Origin: Candidatus Iainarchaeum sp.
GTDB lineage: Archaea > Iainarchaeota > Iainarchaeia > Iainarchaeales > JAFCCJ01
NCBI GenBank assembly: GCA_043816965.1
Contig: JBDRHK010000038.1
Location: 1 to 34,462, forward strand
Direction: 5' to 3'
DNA: 34,462 nucleotides
In this document: positions 19,166 through 27,773 of the stretch, piece by piece
Layout: every line of letters begins with the position of its first letter
How positions within the stretch are numbered: the stretch's first letter is position 1
Made by a program: the position numbers and the translations under genes
The notes under the pieces: model-generated
Seen by the model: only the letters and a program-made list of their open reading frames with translations
What the model was told of the DNA's origin: nothing
The model's database searches: none

Positions 19166-19340
19166 TAAAATGGGTTTGTTAAGAAAATCACTGCTGGCAT
19201 TTACGTTGATGTGTTTTTTCACAGGAATCTTCAGTCTTATGGATGGGGTAGGCATTATCAGCATCAACCTAAACAGCCCCCTCTATCCCCTAATTTTCTT
19301 CCTCTGGATTTTTTTCGAGGTGACGATTTCGACAATGTGA
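19158..19340 (+). CDS. Small two-TM hypothetical protein
   Basis: Fills the gap before the mtnA stop; two hydrophobic segments; start may be ATG 19170. Confidence 0.55.
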   Translation: MRDKMGLLRKSLLAFTLMCFFTGIFSLMDGVGIISINLNSPLYPLIFFLWIFFEVTISTM

Positions 19341-19345
19341 AATTA

Positions 19346-20419
19346 TTAGAAAAGCCCGGCAATCTCTTCCTTATTCGGTTTAATAATCCCTTTTGGGGTG
19401 ATAATTCCGGTAATGTACTTAGCAGGAGTCACATCAAATGCAGGATTTTTTGCATGGCTTTTCCAGTTGGCAATTCTCAAACGTTCAATCAGATTTTGTT
19501 CCTTTTCTGATTCCCCGCGCGCGTAAAGGATTTCCTCCTCGTCCCTCTCTTCAATCGGTATTTCCCTACCTGATTTTATTGAAAGGTCAATTGTGCTGAG
19601 GGGAACCGCAACATAGAATGGAATTCCATTCTCCTTTGCAACAACCGCCTTTTCATAGGTTCCGATTTTGTTTGCAATATCCCCATTAGAGGCAACCCTG
19701 TCAGCACCAACAATGCACAAATCAACTTCCCCATTCTGCATATAGTAACCGGCGGCATTATCAACAATTATTGAATGCGGAATCTGCTCATTAGCCAGCT
19801 CCCATGCGGTTAAGCGGGCTCCTTGCAATCTCGGTCTTGTCTCATCAACCCAGACAAAAATCTTTTTCCCATTCCTGCTTGCCTTGTAAACAGGCGCAAG
19901 TGCCGAACCCCAGTCAACAAAAGCCAGCCAGCCGGCATTGCAGTGGGTTAAAATTTTAGTTCCGTTTTCAAGCAGTTTCTCACCATGTTCACCAATCATT
20001 TCTCCCATCTTTGCCTGGTCCATCGCCATTGCGGTTGCGGTTTCCACAGCCTTTCTTCTCCCTTCTTCAACATCTTCCTCTCCCAATGCGGCTTTTGAAA
20101 CGGCATCAACGAAATGGAACAGGTCCTGTGCTGTTGGCCTGGTATTTTTTATGTGCTCGGCCGCCGCCTCAACAGATTCCCTGAAACCTTCTTTCGGCGC
20201 ATTGAGTGCAGCCTGTGCAACTCCATAACCGGCGGTTGCACCTATTGCACCAGCCCCCCTAACAACCATTGTGCTGATTGCTCCCGCAGTTTCATAATGG
20301 GTTTTCATTTTTACAATCTCAAAACGAAAAGGGAGCATTGGCTGGTTAATCATCTTCACATTCTTCCCGTCCAGCCAGACGGTGTGGTAGTGCTTTCCCT
20401 CAACCTGCAAATTACTCAC
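19346..20419 (-). CDS. mtnA: Methylthioribose-1-phosphate isomerase
   Basis: VRGAGAIG, RPTA, LTHCNAGWLA, DETRPRLQGARLTAWEL, GADR...GD.ANKIGTY and NPAFDVTP motifs. Confidence 0.95.
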   Translation of the reverse strand: MSNLQVEGKHYHTVWLDGKNVKMINQPMLPFRFEIVKMKTHYETAGAISTMVVRGAGAIGATAGYGVAQAALNAPKEGFRESVEAAAEHIKNTRPTAQDLFHFVDAVSKAALGEEDVEEGRRKAVETATAMAMDQAKMGEMIGEHGEKLLENGTKILTHCNAGWLAFVDWGSALAPVYKASRNGKKIFVWVDETRPRLQGARLTAWELANEQIPHSIIVDNAAGYYMQNGEVDLCIVGADRVASNGDIANKIGTYEKAVVAKENGIPFYVAVPLSTIDLSIKSGREIPIEERDEEEILYARGESEKEQNLIERLRIANWKSHAKNPAFDVTPAKYITGIITPKGIIKPNKEEIAGLF

Positions 20420-20437
20420 CCGTATTTGAATGTCCTT

Positions 20438-20719
20438 TCATATTCCCAAGTCCTTGCGGCCCATGTATTTCCTGAAAAGCTTTGGATTGTAAATCCAGGC
20501 AATTTTTCCTTCCTTATCCGCTGCTATTTTAGACGATTCAAGAAGATAATCGATTGCCGTGCAGTAGGTTTGGTACATCATTTTTTTTGGAAGATTTTCC
20601 CAAAGTTTCCGTTTCTTGAACTCGCCAGAGTGGTCCTTAATGAATTTCTCGACCATCAAAATAGTATCCAGCCTTGGGTAACGAATTAGTTGTGTAGTTT
20701 GTGAAGCCATTTTCATCAC
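20438..20719 (-). CDS. Small wHTH-like protein, paralogue of 31097-31369
   Basis: P.L.T..M.E...LPK......YLxxSxKIA...I.WI.NP pattern shared by both proteins. Confidence 0.7.
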   Translation of the reverse strand: MMKMASQTTQLIRYPRLDTILMVEKFIKDHSGEFKKRKLWENLPKKMMYQTYCTAIDYLLESSKIAADKEGKIAWIYNPKLFRKYMGRKDLGI

Positions 20720-20790
20720 CTATGTGGTTATATCAATTAATATAACAAGTGTTTTTAAGCTTTTTCCCAACCTAAAAATACGCCCAAAAA

Positions 20791-21012
20791 TTAGAGCGTA
20801 ATGGTTTTAATCTTGTTCATAAGTTTGCCAGGAATTTTGCTTTTTATTTCTTTGACCTTTTTCAAAGTTTTTTCATAGGAAGATTCATCAAAATATTCTT
20901 CTCCGCAATTCGTGCATCTAAGGGTTTCAATATCCTCGACCACAATATTCCCTGAAAAGAGCTTGCTGGTTTTTGCCTTCTCAAGTTTTGAATCGCATTT
21001 AGTGCAGAGCAT
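20791..21012 (-). CDS. YgiT/MqsA-type zinc-finger protein, putative antitoxin
   Basis: CTKC...CTNCGEEYFD. Confidence 0.8.
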   Translation of the reverse strand: MLCTKCDSKLEKAKTSKLFSGNIVVEDIETLRCTNCGEEYFDESSYEKTLKKVKEIKSKIPGKLMNKIKTITL

Positions 21013-21274
21013 TTTCTCCCTCCGATTTTCTTATGTCCCTTAGGCTTGAGTGGTAAAGCGTAATTATTACAACCACCTTGGCATATTCCTGGAAGATTAT
21101 AGTATAATATTGGTTTCCTACATTATAAATGCATTGCTTTTTGCTGGTTTCCTTATCCTGGCAGATAAAGCCATGCCTAAAAGACTTCCTGATTTGGCTT
21201 CTTTCAAATCCCCATTCAATGCTTCTTTGGAATGCATGGGAACTGAAAATTACCTTCTTTTTCCAGAATTCCAT
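20999..21274 (-). CDS. DUF4258-like putative RelE-fold toxin
   Basis: FSSHAFQR...VVIITLY; overlaps the zinc-finger gene. Confidence 0.65.
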   Translation of the reverse strand: MEFWKKKVIFSSHAFQRSIEWGFERSQIRKSFRHGFICQDKETSKKQCIYNVGNQYYTIIFQEYAKVVVIITLYHSSLRDIRKSEGENALH

Positions 21275-21323
21275 CTAATGAATGAGGAAAACAGATATTT
21301 TAAATATATCGACAATTGACGAA

Positions 21324-21848
21324 TTAATCCTCATAGTGGAGAAGACTGAAAATCTCATGCCCTTTCAGTTTCTCCCTGCCTTTAAGGAAATCCAGTTCAA
21401 TCAGGAAGCAGATTCCGTTAACCTTCCCGCCCAATTTTTCAACCAAATCAATTGTAGCCAATACTGTTCCACCAGTAGCCAACAAATCATCCGCAATGAG
21501 GACACTTTCCCCTTCACTGATTGCGTCCTCATGAACCTCGAAAGAATCCTTGCCATACTCCTTTTCAAATTCCTGGGAAATTGTTTTCGCAGGCAATTTT
21601 CCAGGCTTCCTTATAGGGACAAAACCCGCGCCCAATTCCTTGGCGATAATTGCGCCGAAAATAAACCCGCGGGATTCCATTGAAACAACTTTATCAAACT
21701 TTTTCCCGGCTTTTTTGTAGTGTTCAACAAACTGGTCTGCCGCATATCTCAATGCCTCGGCATCTTTCATCAATGTTGTAACATCATAAAACAGAATTCC
21801 CTTTTTTGGAAAATCAGGAACTGAACGTATCTTTGATTTTAGGTCCAT
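21324..21848 (-). CDS. apt: Adenine phosphoribosyltransferase
   Basis: IRSVPDFPKKGILFYD, ESRGF, RKPGKLP, IADDLLATGGT; ATG 21848 preceded by GGTG. Confidence 0.95.
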   Translation of the reverse strand: MDLKSKIRSVPDFPKKGILFYDVTTLMKDAEALRYAADQFVEHYKKAGKKFDKVVSMESRGFIFGAIIAKELGAGFVPIRKPGKLPAKTISQEFEKEYGKDSFEVHEDAISEGESVLIADDLLATGGTVLATIDLVEKLGGKVNGICFLIELDFLKGREKLKGHEIFSLLHYED

Positions 21849-21849
21849 T

Positions 21850-22548
21850 TCACCACTCCTTTTTTGCTTTCTCATATCTTTCAATAGTGTCGGTTGGGAA
21901 CCATTTTCCACCGTGGCGGAAACCGAATAATTTTCCCTGCTCCGCGAGCGCGGGAAACATTGTCTTCTCAATTAAACAGAAACCCGAAGGCATTAAATCA
22001 ATTGCCCCTTTTTCCAGGATGTAAGCTCCGGCATTTATCAAATTTGAGGGAGCCTCCTCTTTCTTCGGCTTTTCGATAAAATTCAAAATCTTCTCCCCTT
22101 CCAGTTCAGCAACCCCATACTGCTCGACCTCATCAACCTCAACAAGGGCAATTGTCCCTGTCGCGGAATTCCTCTCATGCAACTCATTCATTGCAGCATA
22201 ATCAATATCCATCAAATTATCGCCGTTCAGCATAATAAAGCGCCCATCGAAAAACGCCTGCGCGAATTTTAAAGCACCGCCAGTTCCCAAAAATTCCTTC
22301 TCAATGCTGTAATTGATTTTCACGCCGTATTTTTCCCCATTTCCAATTTCCTCATGCACCTTTTCATTGAGAAAACCAGTCCCCAAAACAATCTTCTCAA
22401 CCCCATAATCAGCAAGCCTTTCAATAGCCCATTCAAGAATCGGCTTCCCCTTCACAGGGAGCAGTGGTTTTGGGGTATCAATTGTGAGAGGCCTTAACCT
22501 CTCTCCCTTTCCCCCGGCGAGAATAAACGCGGATTTGATTCCAGTCAT
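21850..22548 (-). CDS. NDP-sugar pyrophosphorylase (nucleotidyltransferase)
   Basis: ILAGGKGERLRPLT...PKPLLP, LGTGG, NGD and F.EKP motifs. Confidence 0.9.
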   Translation of the reverse strand: MTGIKSAFILAGGKGERLRPLTIDTPKPLLPVKGKPILEWAIERLADYGVEKIVLGTGFLNEKVHEEIGNGEKYGVKINYSIEKEFLGTGGALKFAQAFFDGRFIMLNGDNLMDIDYAAMNELHERNSATGTIALVEVDEVEQYGVAELEGEKILNFIEKPKKEEAPSNLINAGAYILEKGAIDLMPSGFCLIEKTMFPALAEQGKLFGFRHGGKWFPTDTIERYEKAKKEW

Positions 22549-22642
22549 TGCATGAATTTACCTGCAAAAAGCTTTTATTTCTCAAAGTCCACCCAGAACA
22601 CTGCCATTTTAAACTTTTTCCAGCAGCTATTGATGGATTGCC

Positions 22643-23107
22643 ATGATTGAGGGAGTGGAAATTAAGGAATTAAAGGTCGTTAAGGATGACCGCGGCTATT
22701 TGATGGAAATGATGCGTTCTGATGACTCCTTTTTTAGGCAATTTGGCCAGGTCTATCTTTCGGTGTGCAACCCGGGAATTGTGAAGGGGTTCCATTACCA
22801 TAAAAAGCAATGGGACAGGTTTGTTATTGTGAAAGGGAATGCGAAAATTGTGCTTTACGATGGGAGAGAGGATTCCCCTACTTACAAGGAAATCAATGAA
22901 TTTGAGATTGGGGAAAAGAACCCGATTCTTTTGGTGATTCCTCCATATGTCTATCATGCAATGACCCCCGCAAAAGATGATGAGCCGATTTATTTGGTTA
23001 ATACTCCCACAGAGAAATACAATTACGATGAGCCTGATGAACATAGGGCGCCCTTCGATTCCAAAATGATAGGTTATGATTGGGGAAAGGGGAAGAGAGG
23101 CCATTGA
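22643..23107 (+). CDS. rmlC: dTDP-4-dehydrorhamnose 3,5-epimerase family cupin
   Basis: DDRGYLME and KGFHYH motifs; adjacent to rmlB and rmlA. Confidence 0.8.
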   Translation: MIEGVEIKELKVVKDDRGYLMEMMRSDDSFFRQFGQVYLSVCNPGIVKGFHYHKKQWDRFVIVKGNAKIVLYDGREDSPTYKEINEFEIGEKNPILLVIPPYVYHAMTPAKDDEPIYLVNTPTEKYNYDEPDEHRAPFDSKMIGYDWGKGKRGH

Positions 23108-23108
23108 A

Positions 23109-24065
23109 ATGAATTTACTGGTTACAGGCGGGGCGGGCTTTATCGGGAGCAATTTCATCAAATTTATGCTGGAAAAGCATCCTGATTACAAAATTACAAA
23201 TTTGGATAAACTCACCTATTGCGGTCGCCTTGAGAACCTTAAGGAAGTGGAAAAGAACCCGAATTATGGTTTCATGAAGGGGGATATTGCTGATGAGAAG
23301 ATTGTTGCCCAGTTGATGAAAGGGACAGATGTTGTAATTAATTTCGCCGCCGAAACCCATGTCGATAGGTCCATAAATGACCCATTTGCTTTCATTAAGA
23401 CCGACATTTTCGGGACCGGGGTTCTTCTTGAGGCTGCGCGGAAGAATGATGTTAAGAAATTTGTTCAGATTTCCACTGATGAGGTTTACGGAACGATTGA
23501 TAAGGGTAGTTTCAAAGAGACAGACAAGCTCACCCCGAGAAACCCCTACTCCGCTTCAAAAGCAGGGGCTGAAATGCTTGCCTATTCCTATTTCACAACT
23601 TATGGTTTGCCCGTCGTAATAACAAGAAGCAGTAATAATTACGGGCCCAACCAATTCCCGGAAAAATTGATTCCCTTGTTTGTAACCAATTTGTTGCAGG
23701 GGAAGAAAGTTCCTGTTTATGGTGATGGGAAGAATGTGAGGGACTGGATTTACGTGAAAGATAATTGCGCGGGAATTGATTTGGTTGCTGAGAAAGGGAA
23801 GGATGCGGAAATTTACAACATTGGCGGTGGGAACGAGGTGCAGAACATTGATCTGACTAATATGATTCTCAAGGATTTGGGAAAGGGAGAGGAAATGATT
23901 GAGTATGTTGAGGACAGGAAAGGGCATGACAGGAGATATAGCATTGATTCCTCGAAATTAGGGGAGTTGGGATGGAAGCCGGAAATGGATTTTGAGCAGG
24001 GATTGAAGGAAACTGTTAACTGGTATAAGGAGAACAAATGGTGGTGGGAGCCACTTGTTAAATAG
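23109..24065 (+). CDS. rmlB: dTDP-glucose 4,6-dehydratase
   Basis: TGGAGFIGS, DKLTY, AAETHVDRSI, STDEVYG, YSASKA, QFPEKLIP, GHDRRY. Confidence 0.95.
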   Translation: MNLLVTGGAGFIGSNFIKFMLEKHPDYKITNLDKLTYCGRLENLKEVEKNPNYGFMKGDIADEKIVAQLMKGTDVVINFAAETHVDRSINDPFAFIKTDIFGTGVLLEAARKNDVKKFVQISTDEVYGTIDKGSFKETDKLTPRNPYSASKAGAEMLAYSYFTTYGLPVVITRSSNNYGPNQFPEKLIPLFVTNLLQGKKVPVYGDGKNVRDWIYVKDNCAGIDLVAEKGKDAEIYNIGGGNEVQNIDLTNMILKDLGKGEEMIEYVEDRKGHDRRYSIDSSKLGELGWKPEMDFEQGLKETVNWYKENKWWWEPLVK

Positions 24066-24086
24066 CTTTTGTGGGGGGATTTTTGT

Positions 24087-24806
24087 ATGCGCGGAATAAT
24101 TCTTGCAGGCGGAACAGGCCAAAGGCTTCGCCCGTTGACTAATATTACCAACAAACACATCCTTCCAGTTTACAATAAACCCATGATTTACTACCCTTTG
24201 GAAAAATTGATACAGGCCGGAATTAAGGAAATACTTATTGTTTCCGGCAAGGAGCACGCGGGAGATTTTTTGCGTTTACTTGGTTCAGGAAAGGAATGGG
24301 GCGCCAAATTCACCTACGAAATACAGGACGAGGCGGGGGGAATTGCGCAGGCGCTTTCGCTTGCGGAAGATTTTACTGATAATGAGAGGATTGCGGTTAT
24401 TCTTGGGGATAATATAATTGAGGATGATTTAAGCAGTGAGATTAAGGAATTTGAAAACGGGAAATTTAACGCAAAGATTTTCCTGAAAGAGGTTGAGGAC
24501 CCTGAAAGGTTTGGTGTTGCCGAACTTGACGGGGACAAGGTTATTGGGATTGAGGAAAAGCCGAAAAAGCCGAAAAGCAATTATGCGGTTGTGGGGCTTT
24601 ACCTTTACACTGCCGAAGTTTTTGATGTTATAAAGAAACTGAAACCCTCCGCAAGGGGGGAGTATGAGATTACTGATGTCAACAACCATTTTATCAGGAA
24701 GGGGAAAATGGGTGCCGGCTTCATAAAGGGCTATTGGACTGATGCAGGGACTTTTGATTCATTGCTTCGCGCCTCGCAAATGGTTAAGGAAAGCGGGAAA
24801 GATTAA
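24087..24806 (+). CDS. rmlA: Glucose-1-phosphate thymidylyltransferase (short SpsI-like form)
   Basis: GIILAGGTGQRLRPLT...NKHILPVYNKPMIYYP, PSARGEYEITD, WTDAGT. Confidence 0.9.
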   Translation: MRGIILAGGTGQRLRPLTNITNKHILPVYNKPMIYYPLEKLIQAGIKEILIVSGKEHAGDFLRLLGSGKEWGAKFTYEIQDEAGGIAQALSLAEDFTDNERIAVILGDNIIEDDLSSEIKEFENGKFNAKIFLKEVEDPERFGVAELDGDKVIGIEEKPKKPKSNYAVVGLYLYTAEVFDVIKKLKPSARGEYEITDVNNHFIRKGKMGAGFIKGYWTDAGTFDSLLRASQMVKESGKD

Positions 24807-25618
24807 AGGAAAACCCTCGCCTTTTCCAAATCTGATTTTGAATTCACATTCACATACCTTCCCTGGAAGACATATCCATTCAGCAAATTCTTTTTCGCGA
24901 GTTTCGGGAACAGGTCCTTCTCAAGGGAGCGCATATTCCTCGAAATATGCCTGAAAATTTCGGGTTCTAGGAGAAAATAGCCGGCACTCACCAAATAACT
25001 GGGAACATCCTTCTTCGGTTTCTGGATGAACTCCCTAACCCTGTTTCCCTCCATGCTGACAACACCATAATCTTTTGGGTTGGAAACTGTTGTGAGGGCA
25101 ATTGTTGCAATGCACTTGTTTTTCCTGTGGAATGCAAGCATTTCATTAATGTTCAAATCACATAAAGTGTCGCCATATGCGACAAGGAAAGTATCATTCA
25201 ACTGCTCCCTTGCGCTTTGCAGAGGAGCAATAGTTCCTGAAGCATTATCCCCTTTAAGGAAATTAATTTTGTAGGGAAGATTTCTCGAATTCATATCTTT
25301 GACAATCTCGCTCCCGAAATTATCAACATAAACCAGGAAATTATTCATGTTGAATCCGCTAATCCCGTCCAGAACATGCTGGAGCAATGTTTTGCCATTA
25401 AGCATCTCGAGAAATTTGATTTTTTTCCCGAATAGAATATCCTTCTTCTCCCCTCCTGCAAGCACGAGCGCATTCTTCAGCCTGAAATCTGATAGGAATT
25501 TGGAGAGCAGGTATTCTACAGCCTGGCTCCTGCTCCTTATAGTTAACCCATCCACTAACCTGTCCACCTGCAGCAGCAGGTCCTTCTTTATTGTAATTGT
25601 CACCCTTTCTCTTGCCAT
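24803..25618 (-). CDS. Ribbon-helix-helix domain fused to a degenerate sugar-phosphate nucleotidyltransferase domain
   Basis: RERVTITIKKDLLLQVDRLV....RSRSQAVEYLL (CopG/NikR-type RHH), then LVLAGGEKKD lacking GxGxRL; YGD and F.QKP present. Confidence 0.85.
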   Translation of the reverse strand: MARERVTITIKKDLLLQVDRLVDGLTIRSRSQAVEYLLSKFLSDFRLKNALVLAGGEKKDILFGKKIKFLEMLNGKTLLQHVLDGISGFNMNNFLVYVDNFGSEIVKDMNSRNLPYKINFLKGDNASGTIAPLQSAREQLNDTFLVAYGDTLCDLNINEMLAFHRKNKCIATIALTTVSNPKDYGVVSMEGNRVREFIQKPKKDVPSYLVSAGYFLLEPEIFRHISRNMRSLEKDLFPKLAKKNLLNGYVFQGRYVNVNSKSDLEKARVFL

Positions 25619-25645
25619 TGAATCAACAACCCAAAAGTATTACTT

Positions 25646-25664
25646 CCTCATACTATGTATGAGG
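25646..25664. promoter_or_regulatory. Inverted repeat in the divergent RHH-fusion/ugd promoter
   Basis: CCTCATAC-TAT-GTATGAGG. Confidence 0.55.
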
Positions 25665-25747
25665 GTTTGGTTTATTTAAACCTTTTCTTATTCCCTCTTT
25701 ATAGTATTAAACCAAATTCTGTATTTTTTTCGAAAAAAGGCGATTAA

Positions 25748-27031
25748 ATGAAGGTATGTGTAGTTGGAACTGGATATGTTGGATTGGTGGCAGGATGCTG
25801 CCTGGCTGATTTGGGCAATGAGGTAATCTGCGTTGATATTGATGAGAAGAAGATAAATGCCCTAAAGAAGGGCGAAATCCCGATTTTTGAGCCTGGCCTT
25901 GCTGAATTGGTTGAAAGGAATTCCAGGGAAGGGAGACTCTCTTTTACGACAAACCTGCATGAGGCTGTTAAGGATTCTGAGACTATTTTTATCGCAGTAG
26001 GAACCCCGATGAGCGACAATGGGGAGGCAGATATGAAATATGTCTACAAAGTTGCCGAGGATATTGGGAAGGTGATGAATTCATACAAAGTAATCATCAA
26101 CAAATCAACAGTCCCTGTCGGGAGCGGGGGAAAAGTGAAGGAGATAATTTCAAGGCATTACTCGGGAGAATTTGATGTTGTCTCAAACCCTGAATTTTTA
26201 AGGGAAGGTTCTGCAATCAGGGATTTCATGGAACCTGACAGGGTTGTTATTGGTGCCAGTTCAGAAAAGGCTGCGGAAATTGTGAAGGGCCTTTATGCCC
26301 CTTTGAAATCTGAGATTCTGGTTACAGATGTTGAAAGTGCTGAGATCATAAAATATGCCTCAAATGCATTCCTTGCCACAAAAATCTCATTCATTAATGA
26401 GATTGCTAATTTGTGCGAGAAGGTTGGGGCTGATGTTGAAACAGTTTCGAGAGGGATGGGCCTGGACAAGAGGATTGGAAATAGTTTCCTGAATGCAGGG
26501 TGTGGTTATGGCGGAAGCTGCTTCCCAAAAGATGTCAAGGCAATTATGCACACCGCGAAGGAAAATGGCCTGGAAATGAATGTTATCCGTGCTGCGGATG
26601 AGGTAAACAAAAGGCAGAAAATAGTTCCTGTGGAAAAGGCAGAAGAAATGTTGGGCGATTTGAAGGGAAAGAATATTGCCCTGCTTGGGCTTGCATTCAA
26701 GCCGAACACGGATGATATGAGGGCTGCAAGCAGTATTGAGATAGCAAATTTGCTGGTTGAAAAGGGGGCGAATGTAATGGCATTTGACCCTGTTGCGGAA
26801 AATGAGGCAAAGAAAATACTCCCAAATATTTCCTATGGCGATAACTTTTACGATGCCCTTAAGGGGGCAGACCTCATGATTATTGCGACAGAGTGGAATG
26901 AGTTCAAGGAAATGGATCTGGAGAAGGCAAAGGAATTGATGAACTCTCCTGCAATTGTTGACGGCAGGAATATTCTTAACAGGGAAAAGGCCCTTGAAAT
27001 GGGGTTCAAATACACGGGAATTGGAAGGTGA
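25748..27031 (+). CDS. ugd: UDP-glucose 6-dehydrogenase
   Basis: GTGYVGL, NKSTVPVG, NPEFLREG, KYASNAFLA, GYGGSCFPKD, FKPNTDDMR. Confidence 0.95.
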   Translation: MKVCVVGTGYVGLVAGCCLADLGNEVICVDIDEKKINALKKGEIPIFEPGLAELVERNSREGRLSFTTNLHEAVKDSETIFIAVGTPMSDNGEADMKYVYKVAEDIGKVMNSYKVIINKSTVPVGSGGKVKEIISRHYSGEFDVVSNPEFLREGSAIRDFMEPDRVVIGASSEKAAEIVKGLYAPLKSEILVTDVESAEIIKYASNAFLATKISFINEIANLCEKVGADVETVSRGMGLDKRIGNSFLNAGCGYGGSCFPKDVKAIMHTAKENGLEMNVIRAADEVNKRQKIVPVEKAEEMLGDLKGKNIALLGLAFKPNTDDMRAASSIEIANLLVEKGANVMAFDPVAENEAKKILPNISYGDNFYDALKGADLMIIATEWNEFKEMDLEKAKELMNSPAIVDGRNILNREKALEMGFKYTGIGR

Positions 27032-27035
27032 AAAT

Positions 27036-27773
27036 ATGAAGGCAATAATTCTGGCAGCAGGTTATGGTACGAGATTGTACCCACTCACAAAAAACAAGCC
27101 AAAGCCAATGCTTGAAATCAAGGGAAAAACAATTATTGAATACATTCTCGAAAAAATTTCCGCCGTAAAGGATGTTGACAAGATTTATATTGTAACAAAC
27201 GCAAAATTCTTTGACACCATTGACAGGTATATTGAGGAACTTGGAATGGACGGCAAGATTAAGGTTGTCAATGACCACACTGAAAGCAATGAGGACAGAT
27301 TAGGGGCGATTGGGGATATTGCCTATGTTGTTGATGATAAAAAAATTGATGAGGACATCCTTGTTGTTGCAGGGGATAATTTGTTTGAGTATTCTTTAGT
27401 TGAATTAGTTGATTTTTTTAAGGAAAAGGGTTCAACGGCAGTTGCCCTTCATGATGTGAAGGATAAGAAACTTGCCCAGAATTACGGGATTGTTGAAATA
27501 GATAAAAACGGAAAAATTATAAGTTTTGAGGAAAAGCCGAAAAAGCCGAAAAGTACGCTTGTAAGCACTGGCTGCTATATGTTTGCAAAAGAGGATTTGG
27601 ATGACATTAGGGCGGTTTTAAAGAGGAATTCCGGAATGGACAATTCGGGAGATTTTATTAAAATGCTTTCCAGGAAGAAATCTGTTTATGGAAAGCCCTT
27701 TAGGGAGAAATGGTTTGATATAGGCTCATTTGAGTCTCTTGGAATGGCGCGAGAGGAATACAACCATGACTAA
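27036..27773 (+). CDS. Sugar-phosphate nucleotidyltransferase
   Basis: ILAAGYGTRLYPLT...PKP, AGDN, FEEKP, WFDIG; ATG 27036 after GGTG. Confidence 0.9.
   Translation: MKAIILAAGYGTRLYPLTKNKPKPMLEIKGKTIIEYILEKISAVKDVDKIYIVTNAKFFDTIDRYIEELGMDGKIKVVNDHTESNEDRLGAIGDIAYVVDDKKIDEDILVVAGDNLFEYSLVELVDFFKEKGSTAVALHDVKDKKLAQNYGIVEIDKNGKIISFEEKPKKPKSTLVSTGCYMFAKEDLDDIRAVLKRNSGMDNSGDFIKMLSRKKSVYGKPFREKWFDIGSFESLGMAREEYNHD

Noticed and set aside
19346..20419. Alternative call as ribose-1,5-bisphosphate isomerase or eIF2B subunit
   Set aside because: THCNAG.LA and QGARLTAWEL are MtnA-type motifs, and mtnP is nearby.
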